DNA of 61,237 bases, from IMG/VR virus record IMGVR_UViG_3300025870_000001; one strand, 5' to 3'. Shown piece after piece: positions 1-8,402 of this stretch. Source of the DNA: an uncultured virus (IMG/VR IMGVR_UViG_3300025870_000001). Taxonomy: Duplodnaviria > Heunggongvirae > Uroviricota > Caudoviricetes. The translations under genes were made by a program, and so were the position numbers. Positions within the stretch are counted from its first letter, which is position 1. Each line of letters starts with the position of its first letter. A model generated the notes under the pieces. The model was not told the DNA's origin. It saw nothing but the letters and a program-made list of their open reading frames with translations, and ran no database searches.

Positions 1-330
1 TTAACAGATGATATTTCAATTTTAATGAAATATCCAGATTTTTCTTTGATGAATCAGTTGGTAGATGCAGAATCATACGATGATTTGGTTGAATTGATTG
101 CTAATTGTATAGAGTTTATAAAAGACTCTGACGAAATGCATAATGTATCTGACTACACTAGTCAGGATGTGAAAGATTTTATTGAGAATTTGACACAGAA
201 TCAATTTGAGAAAATTAATGAATTTTTTGAAAACATGCCAGAAACAACTTGTGACGTAAATATCACCTGTTCAAAATGTGGCTTTAAAAAAGAAATGAAA
301 GTGAGGGGTATTTCCGATTTTTTTTCCTAA
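1..330 (+). CDS. T4 gp26-like baseplate hub subunit (5' truncated by window)
   Basis: Frame open from base 1; MKYP..., FIENLTQNQFEKINEFFENMP, CxxC and GISDFF C-terminus typical of T4-like gp26 family. Confidence 0.8.
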   Translation, partial: LTDDISILMKYPDFSLMNQLVDAESYDDLVELIANCIEFIKDSDEMHNVSDYTSQDVKDFIENLTQNQFEKINEFFENMPETTCDVNITCSKCGFKKEMKVRGISDFFS

Positions 331-512
331 GCTTAAATCATGAATCCCTGGCGTCTTTGTATAGGAATAATTTTGCGTTAATGCACCACCATAAATATAG
401 TTTAACTGAGTTGAATGATATGATTCCTTGGGAGAGAGAAGTATATCTTAATTTATTGATTGGTTATTTAGAAGAAGAAAAAAGAAGAAAAGAACAACTT
501 AAAAATCAATAA
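318..512 (+). CDS. T4 gp51-like baseplate hub assembly domain, probably reached by -1 frameshift from the gp26-like ORF
   Basis: Hand-translated (absent from ORF track): FFFLSLNHESLASLYRNNFALMHHHKYSLTELNDMIPWEREVYLNLLIGYLEEE...; first ATG (381) lies inside the conserved region. Confidence 0.8.
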   Translation, partial: FFFLSLNHESLASLYRNNFALMHHHKYSLTELNDMIPWEREVYLNLLIGYLEEEKRRKEQLKNQ

Positions 513-523
513 GGAACTATAAC

Positions 524-847
524 ATGACCAAAACACTCGAAACCGACAGCGTATTAAATAATGCAGACGCGAATGGAGATAATGTTATAAGCAATGATGA
601 ATTGGCGAGACACGAAAGAATGTTGAAAATTGAAAATGAAGATAAAAAAGAAGATCAAATCAGATCCATGGCATGGTTTGCATTGGCAGGCATGTTGTTA
701 TATCCGTTTGCGGTGGTGATTGCAGATTTAGTTGAATTAGATAATGCAGCAAAAATATTAGGTGACATGGCACCAACATATTTTGTATCAGTCGCAGCAT
801 TAGTTGCAGCATTCTTCGGCGCACAAGCATATACTAAAGGCAAATAA
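524..847 (+). CDS. Small membrane protein with EF-hand-like loop and two TM helices
   Basis: DANGDNVISNDE loop; hydrophobic MAWFALAGMLLYP and TYFVSVAALVAAFFG segments; AAGGA RBS. Confidence 0.6.
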   Translation: MTKTLETDSVLNNADANGDNVISNDELARHERMLKIENEDKKEDQIRSMAWFALAGMLLYPFAVVIADLVELDNAAKILGDMAPTYFVSVAALVAAFFGAQAYTKGK

Positions 848-3301
848 ATGGCAGATCTTGCACCAGTAACAGAAAAACTGATAAAACAAAATCAAGAAGA
901 ACTAGCAAAGTCTGTAAAGGATGCAAGTACGTCCTTACAGTCTGCTGGTGCAAGACAAGCTCTTACAGAAATTGCATCTATTTTTGAAGAACAATCTGGA
1001 GTGTCAGTAAAAGAATTTAAACAGAGCAGAGATAAAATCACTGCACTGTCATCATCTTTGGATGAAATGGATACTGTATCAAATACTGAAAGAAAAATAC
1101 TTGAAGATATTCTTAAAAATTCCCAGACAAGTATAAAAGAAAACGCAAACTTCAAAAAAAGCATTGGGGAATTAACATCTAATGCAGTTAAGTCTGGACT
1201 AGATGGTGTGGGCGGAATGTTAACTGGCGCTCTTGCACAGAGTCCTATTCTGGCTCTTGGTGCAAGTTTTCTTGGAGATCGTGTAAAACAATTTAGAGAA
1301 AGACGCGCAGCCGCCAAAGAAGAAGAAAATCAGAGAATAGAGAGAATAAAACAAGAAACCGAAATCGAGAAAAAAGAATTTGAGATTTTAAGAACCCAAA
1401 TATCTAATGAAGATGCTATTTCTCGTTCTAATATGGATCAGCAAAAGATTCAAGAAGAAGCAAGATCCAGAGGTGTATCTGAACAAACTGTAATAGATGA
1501 AGTAAAAGATAATATTATCAGGACAGCTAAAAATGAAAAACTTTCAAATGATGCGAAAAAAGCAGAATTAGATGCAATAGAAGATCTCAAAAAGAAATAT
1601 GAAATTGAAACTGAAGTATCTAAACCAGAAAGTCCTACAGAAAACTTTAATGATAATATAAGTACACCAGAAACAACTGAAACGGATACAAATGCACTAT
1701 TAGATATTGATGAAAAGTTGGGGCCCAATCAAGCATACTTAGAAGAAATTAGAGACCTCTTGCAATGGATGAAAGATAATGATGGAAATCCTACTTCTCT
1801 AGAAATAGAAGAAGCAAGAGAATTGAGAAGAGAAAGAAAAAAGACACTTGAGATTGAAAAGGCACAACTCAAAGCAATGCAGGGAATGGGTGCCGGTGGT
1901 TTAGGTATATCATCTGGTAAGGCCGGTGGCAATGAAGGAAGTTTATTAGATACGGTTGGTGATATTGGTGGGGGAGTTGCCGCGTTGGGTGGTCTTGCTG
2001 CTGCATTTAAAGTATTTAAAAAGGGTGGGTTTAGAGGTTTAATCAAAGCGGTTCCAGCTCTAATGGGGTTATCTACTGCAATGGATGTTATCACACCAGA
2101 TCTCGCTTCATCAATAGATGGGCCAGCTGGCCGCGATGCAGCAAAAACAAGAAAAGCAAAACCCAGAGGAAGATTTGGACGAATATTCGACTTTGCAAAA
2201 AGAAATTTAAAAAAAGTAAATCCAAAATTATTACTCGGTGGAGCCGCTGTTGCAACAGCAGTAGGAGCGACTACAGCACTCACACCAAGTAACGATATAG
2301 ACACGCCCAAATCTACAGCACTCACACCAAGTAAAGATATAGACACACCCAAATCTGCAAAACCAAGATCTGGATCTGGTGGATTGGGTAAGGCAAAAGA
2401 ACTGATATCTAAAAAAACTAAAACTGCTGTTGCGGCTACCAGTGCTGTTGCATCAAAGGCAGCAACTCCTGTCAAGTCTGCTGCTAGTGCAATTAATAAA
2501 AAACTTGCAAAAACTATTTTAGCAAAAAGGGGAGCAATGATGGCCGCGAAGGCGATCCCTGCTGTCGGAGCGATTGCAGGAGCAGGATTTGCATTGGGAA
2601 GATTATTTCGTGGTGATTTTGTAGGTGCTGCAGCCGAAGCCGGTGGTATATTAGTGCCGGGCCCAATTTCAGCTGCAGTAGACATTCCGATCATGGTCAG
2701 AGATACTTACAATGATATGTATGGAACAGACGATAATAGATTTCCATTTGAAAGTGATGGAATCACTAAACCAGAAATATTTAAAGAAAGAACTGCCGCT
2801 TTGGGAAAAATGGCAAAAGAAATGATAACTGGCACAGATGATAATATTGAGAAACATAACAAAAACGCTTCAGAAGTAGAAAGAAGTAATATAAGTTCAG
2901 AAATCACAGATATGGAAAGTGAACTGGAAACATTATCCAACAAAAGCAGACAAAACCGCGGCGACAGAAGAAGAATGGGCGAGCTAAAAAGAAATATAGA
3001 GGTCAAAAAAAATCGGCTGGCGGAAATCACTCCAGCACCAACCGATAATAATATTGATAATTCTATACAAAATGTTGCATCTACGCAAGCAGAACAAAAA
3101 CTTCAAGTTGCAAATGCAATGAACGGAAATGCATTAGATAATCAAGCTTCTGCAGCTGCTGCTAATGTGGTTGTCGCCCCTACTACAAATAATTCAACCA
3201 ATGTAGTAAATAATAACAGCACAACAAATACAGCAAAACCAGAAGTAAGACATACGGATATGTCTATAAGAAATATACATGCTGGAATTGGTGCATATTA
3301 A
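848..3301 (+). CDS. Tape-measure / gp29-like long helical tail protein
   Basis: 817 aa, coiled-coil plus Gly/Ala-rich amphipathic segments, N/T-rich C-terminus; follows gp26/gp51-like genes. Confidence 0.55.
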   Translation: MADLAPVTEKLIKQNQEELAKSVKDASTSLQSAGARQALTEIASIFEEQSGVSVKEFKQSRDKITALSSSLDEMDTVSNTERKILEDILKNSQTSIKENANFKKSIGELTSNAVKSGLDGVGGMLTGALAQSPILALGASFLGDRVKQFRERRAAAKEEENQRIERIKQETEIEKKEFEILRTQISNEDAISRSNMDQQKIQEEARSRGVSEQTVIDEVKDNIIRTAKNEKLSNDAKKAELDAIEDLKKKYEIETEVSKPESPTENFNDNISTPETTETDTNALLDIDEKLGPNQAYLEEIRDLLQWMKDNDGNPTSLEIEEARELRRERKKTLEIEKAQLKAMQGMGAGGLGISSGKAGGNEGSLLDTVGDIGGGVAALGGLAAAFKVFKKGGFRGLIKAVPALMGLSTAMDVITPDLASSIDGPAGRDAAKTRKAKPRGRFGRIFDFAKRNLKKVNPKLLLGGAAVATAVGATTALTPSNDIDTPKSTALTPSKDIDTPKSAKPRSGSGGLGKAKELISKKTKTAVAATSAVASKAATPVKSAASAINKKLAKTILAKRGAMMAAKAIPAVGAIAGAGFALGRLFRGDFVGAAAEAGGILVPGPISAAVDIPIMVRDTYNDMYGTDDNRFPFESDGITKPEIFKERTAALGKMAKEMITGTDDNIEKHNKNASEVERSNISSEITDMESELETLSNKSRQNRGDRRRMGELKRNIEVKKNRLAEITPAPTDNNIDNSIQNVASTQAEQKLQVANAMNGNALDNQASAAAANVVVAPTTNNSTNVVNNNSTTNTAKPEVRHTDMSIRNIHAGIGAY
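2271..2354 (+). repeat. 42-bp in-frame tandem duplication (TALTPSxDIDTPKS x2)
   Basis: ctacagcactcacaccaagtaa(c/a)gatatagacac(g/a)cccaaat twice. Confidence 0.95.
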
Positions 3302-3401
3302 AACTTATATAGTTGGGTCGTATTGTTCACTCATTTTATAATTCCTTCATTACATACACAAATCTTCGTAATTAGTGGTATGGGATCTATGCAAGACCCC
3401 A

Positions 3402-3809
3402 TTACTCTTCTGTGGGTTCGCCCATAGTCTGTAGATACGCAATAATGTCTGCACGTTTTGCTTCCTTTTTCTCTTTAAAGTTCATCTTTGTACCTTTAAC
3501 TAATTTTTTAGAATTAGTCAACCAAGCATCCATCAATTCTGGCGTCCACTCTGGATTTTCTTCTGCCCATACCAGAAACTTTTCGCTATATCTAAAGTCT
3601 GCTTGTGCAGTACCTCTTTGCATAATATTCCATAGATTGGGCCCAGTTTTATTCTTGCCGCCATCTTCAATGCTGTGACATGAGGCGCATTTTTTAAAAC
3701 CTTTTTTCCCCTTATCAGGATTTCCTTCTGCAGATGCAGTTGCAACATATAACATACTTACTAAAAAACCTAAAACAAAAGTCCAAATTAAAGCTTTATT
3801 CATTTTCAT
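3402..3809 (-). CDS. Class I cytochrome c (c2-like) with signal peptide
   Basis: Signal peptide ending ASA-E, CASCH heme motif, KTGPNL, GTKM axial Met, DIIAYL C-terminal helix. Confidence 0.93.
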   Translation of the reverse strand: MKMNKALIWTFVLGFLVSMLYVATASAEGNPDKGKKGFKKCASCHSIEDGGKNKTGPNLWNIMQRGTAQADFRYSEKFLVWAEENPEWTPELMDAWLTNSKKLVKGTKMNFKEKKEAKRADIIAYLQTMGEPTEE

Positions 3810-3827
3810 TTCCCTTATATTAAAAAG

Positions 3828-4004
3828 TTATTTATCGTCAATCTTTCCAAGTTCCAACATACACTTCTTCGCTTCCTCGTAATAACCCATTCTTGCGAGC
3901 TCCGCTGCCGCTCTCGCATATCCAATTGTCTGCGTATAACGATCTAGTGCCGACCACAATCCAGATAATGGTGAGAAGACATAATTGCTTACCAATGCTG
4001 TCAT
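3828..4004 (-). CDS. Small hypothetical protein (GYARAAAELARMGY motif)
   Basis: TAATG stop/start overlap with the DUF1127 gene. Confidence 0.65.
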   Translation of the reverse strand: MTALVSNYVFSPLSGLWSALDRYTQTIGYARAAAELARMGYYEEAKKCMLELGKIDDK

Positions 4005-4246
4005 TATACCCACCCCTTTAAATTTGTATTTGCATATCCGACAAGTTCTTTCTTGTCTCTGTTTTCTTCCATGATATCTTTATAATGCTTTTGTGCAATA
4101 TGTCTAATATCTCCACGACTAATTCCAATATCATTTAAATCGTAATCTGATAATCTTGATAATTCATTAATGGTGCTTTTTCTTGCCGATTTTGCTTCGT
4201 GGCGAGTTTGCCATGAACCATATAAGTTGATTAATACCCCTAACAT
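4004..4246 (-). CDS. DUF1127 (YjiS-like) small protein
   Basis: RKSTINELSRLSDYDLNDIGISRGDI signature; GAAAGGA RBS. Confidence 0.88.
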   Translation of the reverse strand: MLGVLINLYGSWQTRHEAKSARKSTINELSRLSDYDLNDIGISRGDIRHIAQKHYKDIMEENRDKKELVGYANTNLKGWV

Positions 4247-4291
4247 TTTTTTTCCTTTCGTGTGATAAATGTGTGTATCCTATACATTAAT

Positions 4292-4365
4292 ATATAGTGT
4301 GCAGGAGCAGAAAAACAAGGGTTTAAGCAATCTAAAATAGGTATTCCCGATATGCATTTTGTGCA
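4292..4365 (-). promoter_or_regulatory. Putative RpoH-like promoter (CTTG-N18-CTATAT) with upstream T-N11-A palindrome
   Basis: Minus strand CTTG-tttttctgctcctgcaca-CTATAT (4319-4292); TGCA-N5-TGCA at 4353-4365. Confidence 0.4.
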
Positions 4366-4373
4366 ACTCTAGA

Positions 4374-4404
4374 AATTAAAGGGGTAGAAATTTCTTCCTA
4401 CCCC
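4374..4404 (-). terminator. Intrinsic terminator downstream of gp32
   Basis: GGGGTAG-loop-CTACCCC followed by TTTAATTT on the minus strand. Confidence 0.6.
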
Positions 4405-4487
4405 AACTCTAGTATTGTACCTAGTCTTTTCGATGCGAGTCTAACTCAGCCATCAGGGATATTCACCTAGTATACCCTTCTTATTTA

Positions 4488-5411
4488 TCACATCTCTTCA
4501 GCAAGACGTTCAAAGTAACCAATCGAATCGTCTTCATCATCTGAAGATGAACTCTGTGGTTCTGGAGAACTCTCAGCATAACTAGGTGCCGCCTTCTCTT
4601 TAAAAGAAGGTTTACTGAATGTTTGAGTCGGTGTTGACTCATCCATATCATAGTCTGCATTTGTTGATGGAGCAGTTACTCCAAGAACACGATCCAACCG
4701 TTCTTTAATCTGTTCATAAGATTTAAAGTTATTTGGACTTACAAACTCTTCAAGAGAGTGTTGTTGATTATAAATTGTTTCCAATTCAGCATCGTCTTGT
4801 GACAAAGCACTAGTTCTATCGAACTCTGATTTGTCATAGTTACCATATCCATCAACAGTACGATACTTCAGTTTGAAGTTTGCACCTTCCCAGAAATCAA
4901 ATGGGTTGATTGGATCTTCATCTTCGAACTGTGGACGCATGATATCGTTCAGCTTGTCAAAGATTTTTTTACCAAATGAATAGAGGAATACTTTTCCATC
5001 ATTATCTGGATTTGCTGGATCTTTCACGACATAGATATTTGAAATATATTTCAATCTACGTTTACGATCCCGAGCAAGGTTTTGATTCTCTTGCGAACCA
5101 GTTCCCCATAGTTCTGTATTACTTTCGCAGACAGGACATGGTTTACCAATAGTAGTAAGACAGTTATCAATCAACCATCCGCCAGGGCCTTTAAATCCAT
5201 GATTAAAGATACGAACCCATGGCAAATCCTCACCATCAGTTGGTGGAAGAAAACGAATTACTGCATAACTGTTACCAGTCTTATCAATAGTCGGTTTCCA
5301 AAAGCGATCATCTTGTGATGATGAATTTGATTGTGGTTGTGATGTTTTTTCTAACTCTTCAGCAAGTTTACTGAAATTGTTACGATTCTTTTTAAGCGAT
5401 GCAAAAGACAT
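4488..5411 (-). CDS. gp32: T4 gp32-like single-stranded DNA-binding protein
   Basis: DDRFWKP, AVIRFLP, HGF, NCLTT..CPVC zinc ligands, GKVFLY.FGKKIFDK, acidic tail ending YFERLAEE. Confidence 0.97.
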   Translation of the reverse strand: MSFASLKKNRNNFSKLAEELEKTSQPQSNSSSQDDRFWKPTIDKTGNSYAVIRFLPPTDGEDLPWVRIFNHGFKGPGGWLIDNCLTTIGKPCPVCESNTELWGTGSQENQNLARDRKRRLKYISNIYVVKDPANPDNDGKVFLYSFGKKIFDKLNDIMRPQFEDEDPINPFDFWEGANFKLKYRTVDGYGNYDKSEFDRTSALSQDDAELETIYNQQHSLEEFVSPNNFKSYEQIKERLDRVLGVTAPSTNADYDMDESTPTQTFSKPSFKEKAAPSYAESSPEPQSSSSDDEDDSIGYFERLAEEM

Positions 5412-5457
5412 ATTTTTTTCTCCTAATATACGTTGTATGCGTTTTTGTATTGTTTCT

Positions 5458-5486
5458 AATATAACATTTTATGCGTTGTATGTCAA
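5458..5486 (-). promoter_or_regulatory. Sigma70-type promoter for gp32
   Basis: TTGACA-N17-TATATT. Confidence 0.7.
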
Positions 5487-5494
5487 TAAGTAAA

Positions 5495-6175
5495 TTAAAT
5501 ATATTTACCATAATTTTCATAATAATCCTCAATCAAAAGAGTCTTTACGACCCCAACATAATAATCAAGTTCCACATCCAAAAAGGACATGTACTTTTCT
5601 ACCTTCTTACGATACTCAGGCCAATAGGTAGTATCGTTTATTTTAACTCGTTTTAAGAAACCAAAAATCTTCTCAAAGATTACTAAGGTTTCCAAGCATA
5701 TCTCACCTTTCTGTTCCAACTGGACAATGAAAGGATAATTGTTTCCAACCGATTTAAAAATGTTTGGAAATTCTATATCACCAGATGAAGCCTTGGCGAA
5801 CAAAACCTCACAGTCAGACTTAAAAGTATACCTTATGCTATGTATACGTTTTTTCCACGCCTTATGGATTTCACTTGACTCAGAATCTAGAAGATACTTA
5901 GAATGCATATATTCATTACGATGTATTGCTAAGTTTCCTTTATCTGTCACATTTACAAAGACAGAAAGAAGAAACTCTTCTAAAGATTTTTTATCATATC
6001 TTCTAGATAATTCTTCAAAAGTTTTCTTATCTTTTCTATTAAGATAGGTTTCTTTTTTGGTGTTTGTAGTTCCATACTTTTTATAATCTAGTTTATCGGC
6101 AAAATGGTGTTTCATTGCCAAGTAAATCTTAAAGGCTTCAAAGTCATCTATTTTTCTACTAGACATGTATCTCAT
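5495..6175 (-). CDS. gp59: T4 gp59-like helicase loader
   Basis: FKIYLAMKHHF..DYKKYG, RKDK, ICLETLVI, KY..FL; gp33-gp59-gp32 synteny. Confidence 0.88.
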   Translation of the reverse strand: MRYMSSRKIDDFEAFKIYLAMKHHFADKLDYKKYGTTNTKKETYLNRKDKKTFEELSRRYDKKSLEEFLLSVFVNVTDKGNLAIHRNEYMHSKYLLDSESSEIHKAWKKRIHSIRYTFKSDCEVLFAKASSGDIEFPNIFKSVGNNYPFIVQLEQKGEICLETLVIFEKIFGFLKRVKINDTTYWPEYRKKVEKYMSFLDVELDYYVGVVKTLLIEDYYENYGKYI

Positions 6176-6396
6176 AGGGGTAAACGTTCTGTAGACTTGC
6201 GTACTAAGTTTAATCCCTCTGCTTCAAATTTGATTTTTTCTTTGATAAACGAACTCAACAATGGAGTTACATTTTCTACTTCTAGTTTATTGATCTCGCA
6301 ATAGTGCGTGATTGTTTCGATGTAAGACATTTTCATTTCGCTTACAGTCTTTTCTATTTCATCACAAAACTCTTTTGAACTTTTTAACTTTAACAT
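6172..6396 (-). CDS. gp33: T4 gp33-like late transcription coactivator
   Basis: FCDEIEK..SYIETI..YCE..LEVE..KEKIKFEAEGLNL..RLPL; GGAG RBS before ATG 6396. Confidence 0.88.
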   Translation of the reverse strand: MLKLKSSKEFCDEIEKTVSEMKMSYIETITHYCEINKLEVENVTPLLSSFIKEKIKFEAEGLNLVRKSTERLPL

Positions 6397-6464
6397 ACTA
6401 TCTCCTTTTACGTTATAGCGCATATTATTAGATTATACGCTATAACGCAAGTTTTGTCAAGAGT

Positions 6465-6638
6465 TTATTCGGATTTCCAGAGTGTCAATGCACCCCAAGC
6501 AATAGCGGCCCACGCTGCTAGTTCGACAAATGGATTTCCCATCAGTACGACTACTCCCATGGCAATTAATAATGCGCCATCCCAAGATGTTCTTTCACTC
6601 TTCCGAGCCATAACCCAATCTTTTAACTTAGTAATCAT
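6465..6638 (-). CDS. 57-aa two-TM membrane protein (ERTSWDG motif)
   Basis: Hand-translated MITKLKDWVMARKSERTSWDGALLIAMG...LWKSE; strong AAAGGAGGT RBS. Confidence 0.8.
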   Translation of the reverse strand: MITKLKDWVMARKSERTSWDGALLIAMGVVVLMGNPFVELAAWAAIAWGALTLWKSE

Positions 6639-6677
6639 ATTACCTCCTTTCGTTAAGTTAGTTTCTAGTATAAAACA

Positions 6678-7481
6678 CTAAGAATTTAATGTTTCATTTA
6701 AATCTGCTTCTTTACATAAAAACCCAGATGCAGTTCCGTCTGGACTATACATATCAAAATGTACTAACATATCTGCTTTACTAAATCCATTCCGATTCCA
6801 TCTATACGGAAACACTATGAATTTACTATCATTTGAACGAATATGAATTTTTGAATTTGCTTGTGTTTCGCCGCGCTGTTGTCCAAAAACAAAATTACAA
6901 GTAACATTTTCAAACTTGGCAAGTTCCCATTCTGCAATCAATATTTTATTCGAAGGATAATTTGGAAACGGACTCGAAGATGAATACTCCACATTATGAC
7001 CCCATAATGGAGCTTTTCTATCTATCCAACCAGAGGCAGTTACAGATATATTGTTTGCTCTAGTTGCCGAGATGATCGCAACAAAAGTCTGTGGCTCCGC
7101 ACTTTCATTTGTGTACTTTATGATACCCTTTGGATTGGAGACATTTATGTCTGCTATACTATCATCGTCAAAGTCTATTCTAAGGTCTAAGTAATCTGCT
7201 GGTGTATAGTTACAATCTATTTTTATTTTCATTGTTGTGCCGGGGTCGATAGAAAACCTTTTTGAGATTATTGTATCTCCAGTGCTCATTTGGCCAGTTC
7301 TCTCAGACATCCAATACTTATTACTTTTTTCTGCAGATTTCCTCTGCACACCAAATACATATAACTGTCCAACTCCATAGGTTCGTTCAGAAGTACCATA
7401 AAATGGAATGTATTCCAATCCTAAGTGGTCTTTAATACCCAAGCGAATTCTATCGCTCACTAATCTTATAGTTCTAGACAT
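6678..7481 (-). CDS. Hypothetical beta-rich protein
   Basis: 267-aa ORF with RBS, operon-like spacing. Confidence 0.7.
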   Translation of the reverse strand: MSRTIRLVSDRIRLGIKDHLGLEYIPFYGTSERTYGVGQLYVFGVQRKSAEKSNKYWMSERTGQMSTGDTIISKRFSIDPGTTMKIKIDCNYTPADYLDLRIDFDDDSIADINVSNPKGIIKYTNESAEPQTFVAIISATRANNISVTASGWIDRKAPLWGHNVEYSSSSPFPNYPSNKILIAEWELAKFENVTCNFVFGQQRGETQANSKIHIRSNDSKFIVFPYRWNRNGFSKADMLVHFDMYSPDGTASGFLCKEADLNETLNS

Positions 7482-7489
7482 TTCTTTTC

Positions 7490-8164
7490 CTAAAATTGAT
7501 TCTTATATTCTTCTACCATATTTATCAGGTCGCCGATGTGTGCATCACGCTTTGAAATAAACACTTCTGGTTCATCCTTATCTGCGATTGCCGCAATAAT
7601 TACAAGACTATTTATAGGCATTTTATATCTCTCTTCAAACATAACTGCATATCCTGCAGCTTGACGGAAATATTTTTCTAACTTACCATATTTATCACCG
7701 ACCATAGGTTGCCTAGAAGTCTTAAAGTCGATTACGGACAACTTACCATCAAAATCTGCTACACAGTCTACAGTGCCTGCTAAACCAAGATGGTCAGAAT
7801 ACATAGGTTTCTCTTGTGCATAGATATTATCAACACGATTATCAAGAACAGGTTTTATCTTCAAAAAAGTCTCTATGTCAAATGGCATAGTCTTTTCTGT
7901 TTTCCATTCTAGATTATTTAGGTGGTCTTCAGCCATTTGATGGACACTAGTTCCACTTCTTGCTGCTTGTGTTGTTATTTTGTTTGCAACTTCCGCACCA
8001 ACTCTTCTTCTCCACTCTGCAATACCCTTTGCGGAAAAATGTGAGAGAACAGTTGTGATAGATGGATACTTATTTCCATCTGGTGTTTCATAAAATCTTT
8101 TGCCATTTTCTGTAACCCTTTTTAAAGTGTGGGTTGGCAATTCAACATCTACATGATTAAACAT
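7490..8164 (-). CDS. PD-(D/E)xK exonuclease of T4-like phages
   Basis: RFYETPDG..YPSITTVL, GTSVH, E..., AGTVDC, IDFKTS, Q..GYA. Confidence 0.9.
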   Translation of the reverse strand: MFNHVDVELPTHTLKRVTENGKRFYETPDGNKYPSITTVLSHFSAKGIAEWRRRVGAEVANKITTQAARSGTSVHQMAEDHLNNLEWKTEKTMPFDIETFLKIKPVLDNRVDNIYAQEKPMYSDHLGLAGTVDCVADFDGKLSVIDFKTSRQPMVGDKYGKLEKYFRQAAGYAVMFEERYKMPINSLVIIAAIADKDEPEVFISKRDAHIGDLINMVEEYKNQF

Positions 8165-8221
8165 TTTTAATTCCTATTTTAAGTTAAACCTCATCCTCCA
8201 GCTCAACTCTTCCTTTCTGTC
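8144..8221. repeat. 78-bp direct repeat, copy 1 (copy 2 at 8610-8687)
   Basis: aacatctacatg...cctttctgtc identical in both copies. Confidence 0.97.
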
Positions 8222-8400
8222 GATCCTAGTTCAGCCCCATCATAAAGACATTCTCATAAATGATACCATAGTATTAGTAAACCCTATTTTACGTCGATTA
8301 CTAATACTATGATGTTAGTTCAAATGTCCTTATGGTGGAGCTGTGGGGTACTGCCCCCCAGTCCAGTTCGTATTCGATTTGTTTCATCGATTACATCTTT
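8217..8400 (-). ncRNA. Truncated permuted tmRNA: tRNA-like domain plus intervening segment, no tag reading frame
   Basis: T-arm UGGGG-GGCAGUA-CCCCA, CAGCUCC-ACCA (CCA at 8335-8333), hairpin intervening segment, GGGGCUG-AACUAGGAUCGACAG from 8238; G3-U70 pair; 5' boundary approximate. Confidence 0.85.
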
Positions 8401-8402
8401 AC

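Noticed and set aside
1729..2694. 321-aa minus-strand ORF and similar antisense ORFs inside long genes (e.g. 892-1317, 56043-56480)
   Set aside because: Shadow frames of Ala/Gly/Thr-rich sense genes with no recognisable motifs
4420..4460. CUGAUG...CGAAA on the minus strand resembling a hammerhead ribozyme
   Set aside because: Core reads CUGAUGG, not CUGANGA; GAUG pairs with CAUC; no convincing stem I/III with a UH site
7490..8164. Exonuclease as Cas4/CRISPR component
   Set aside because: Lacks the Fe-S cysteine set; ordinary T4-like PD-(D/E)xK exonuclease context; no array
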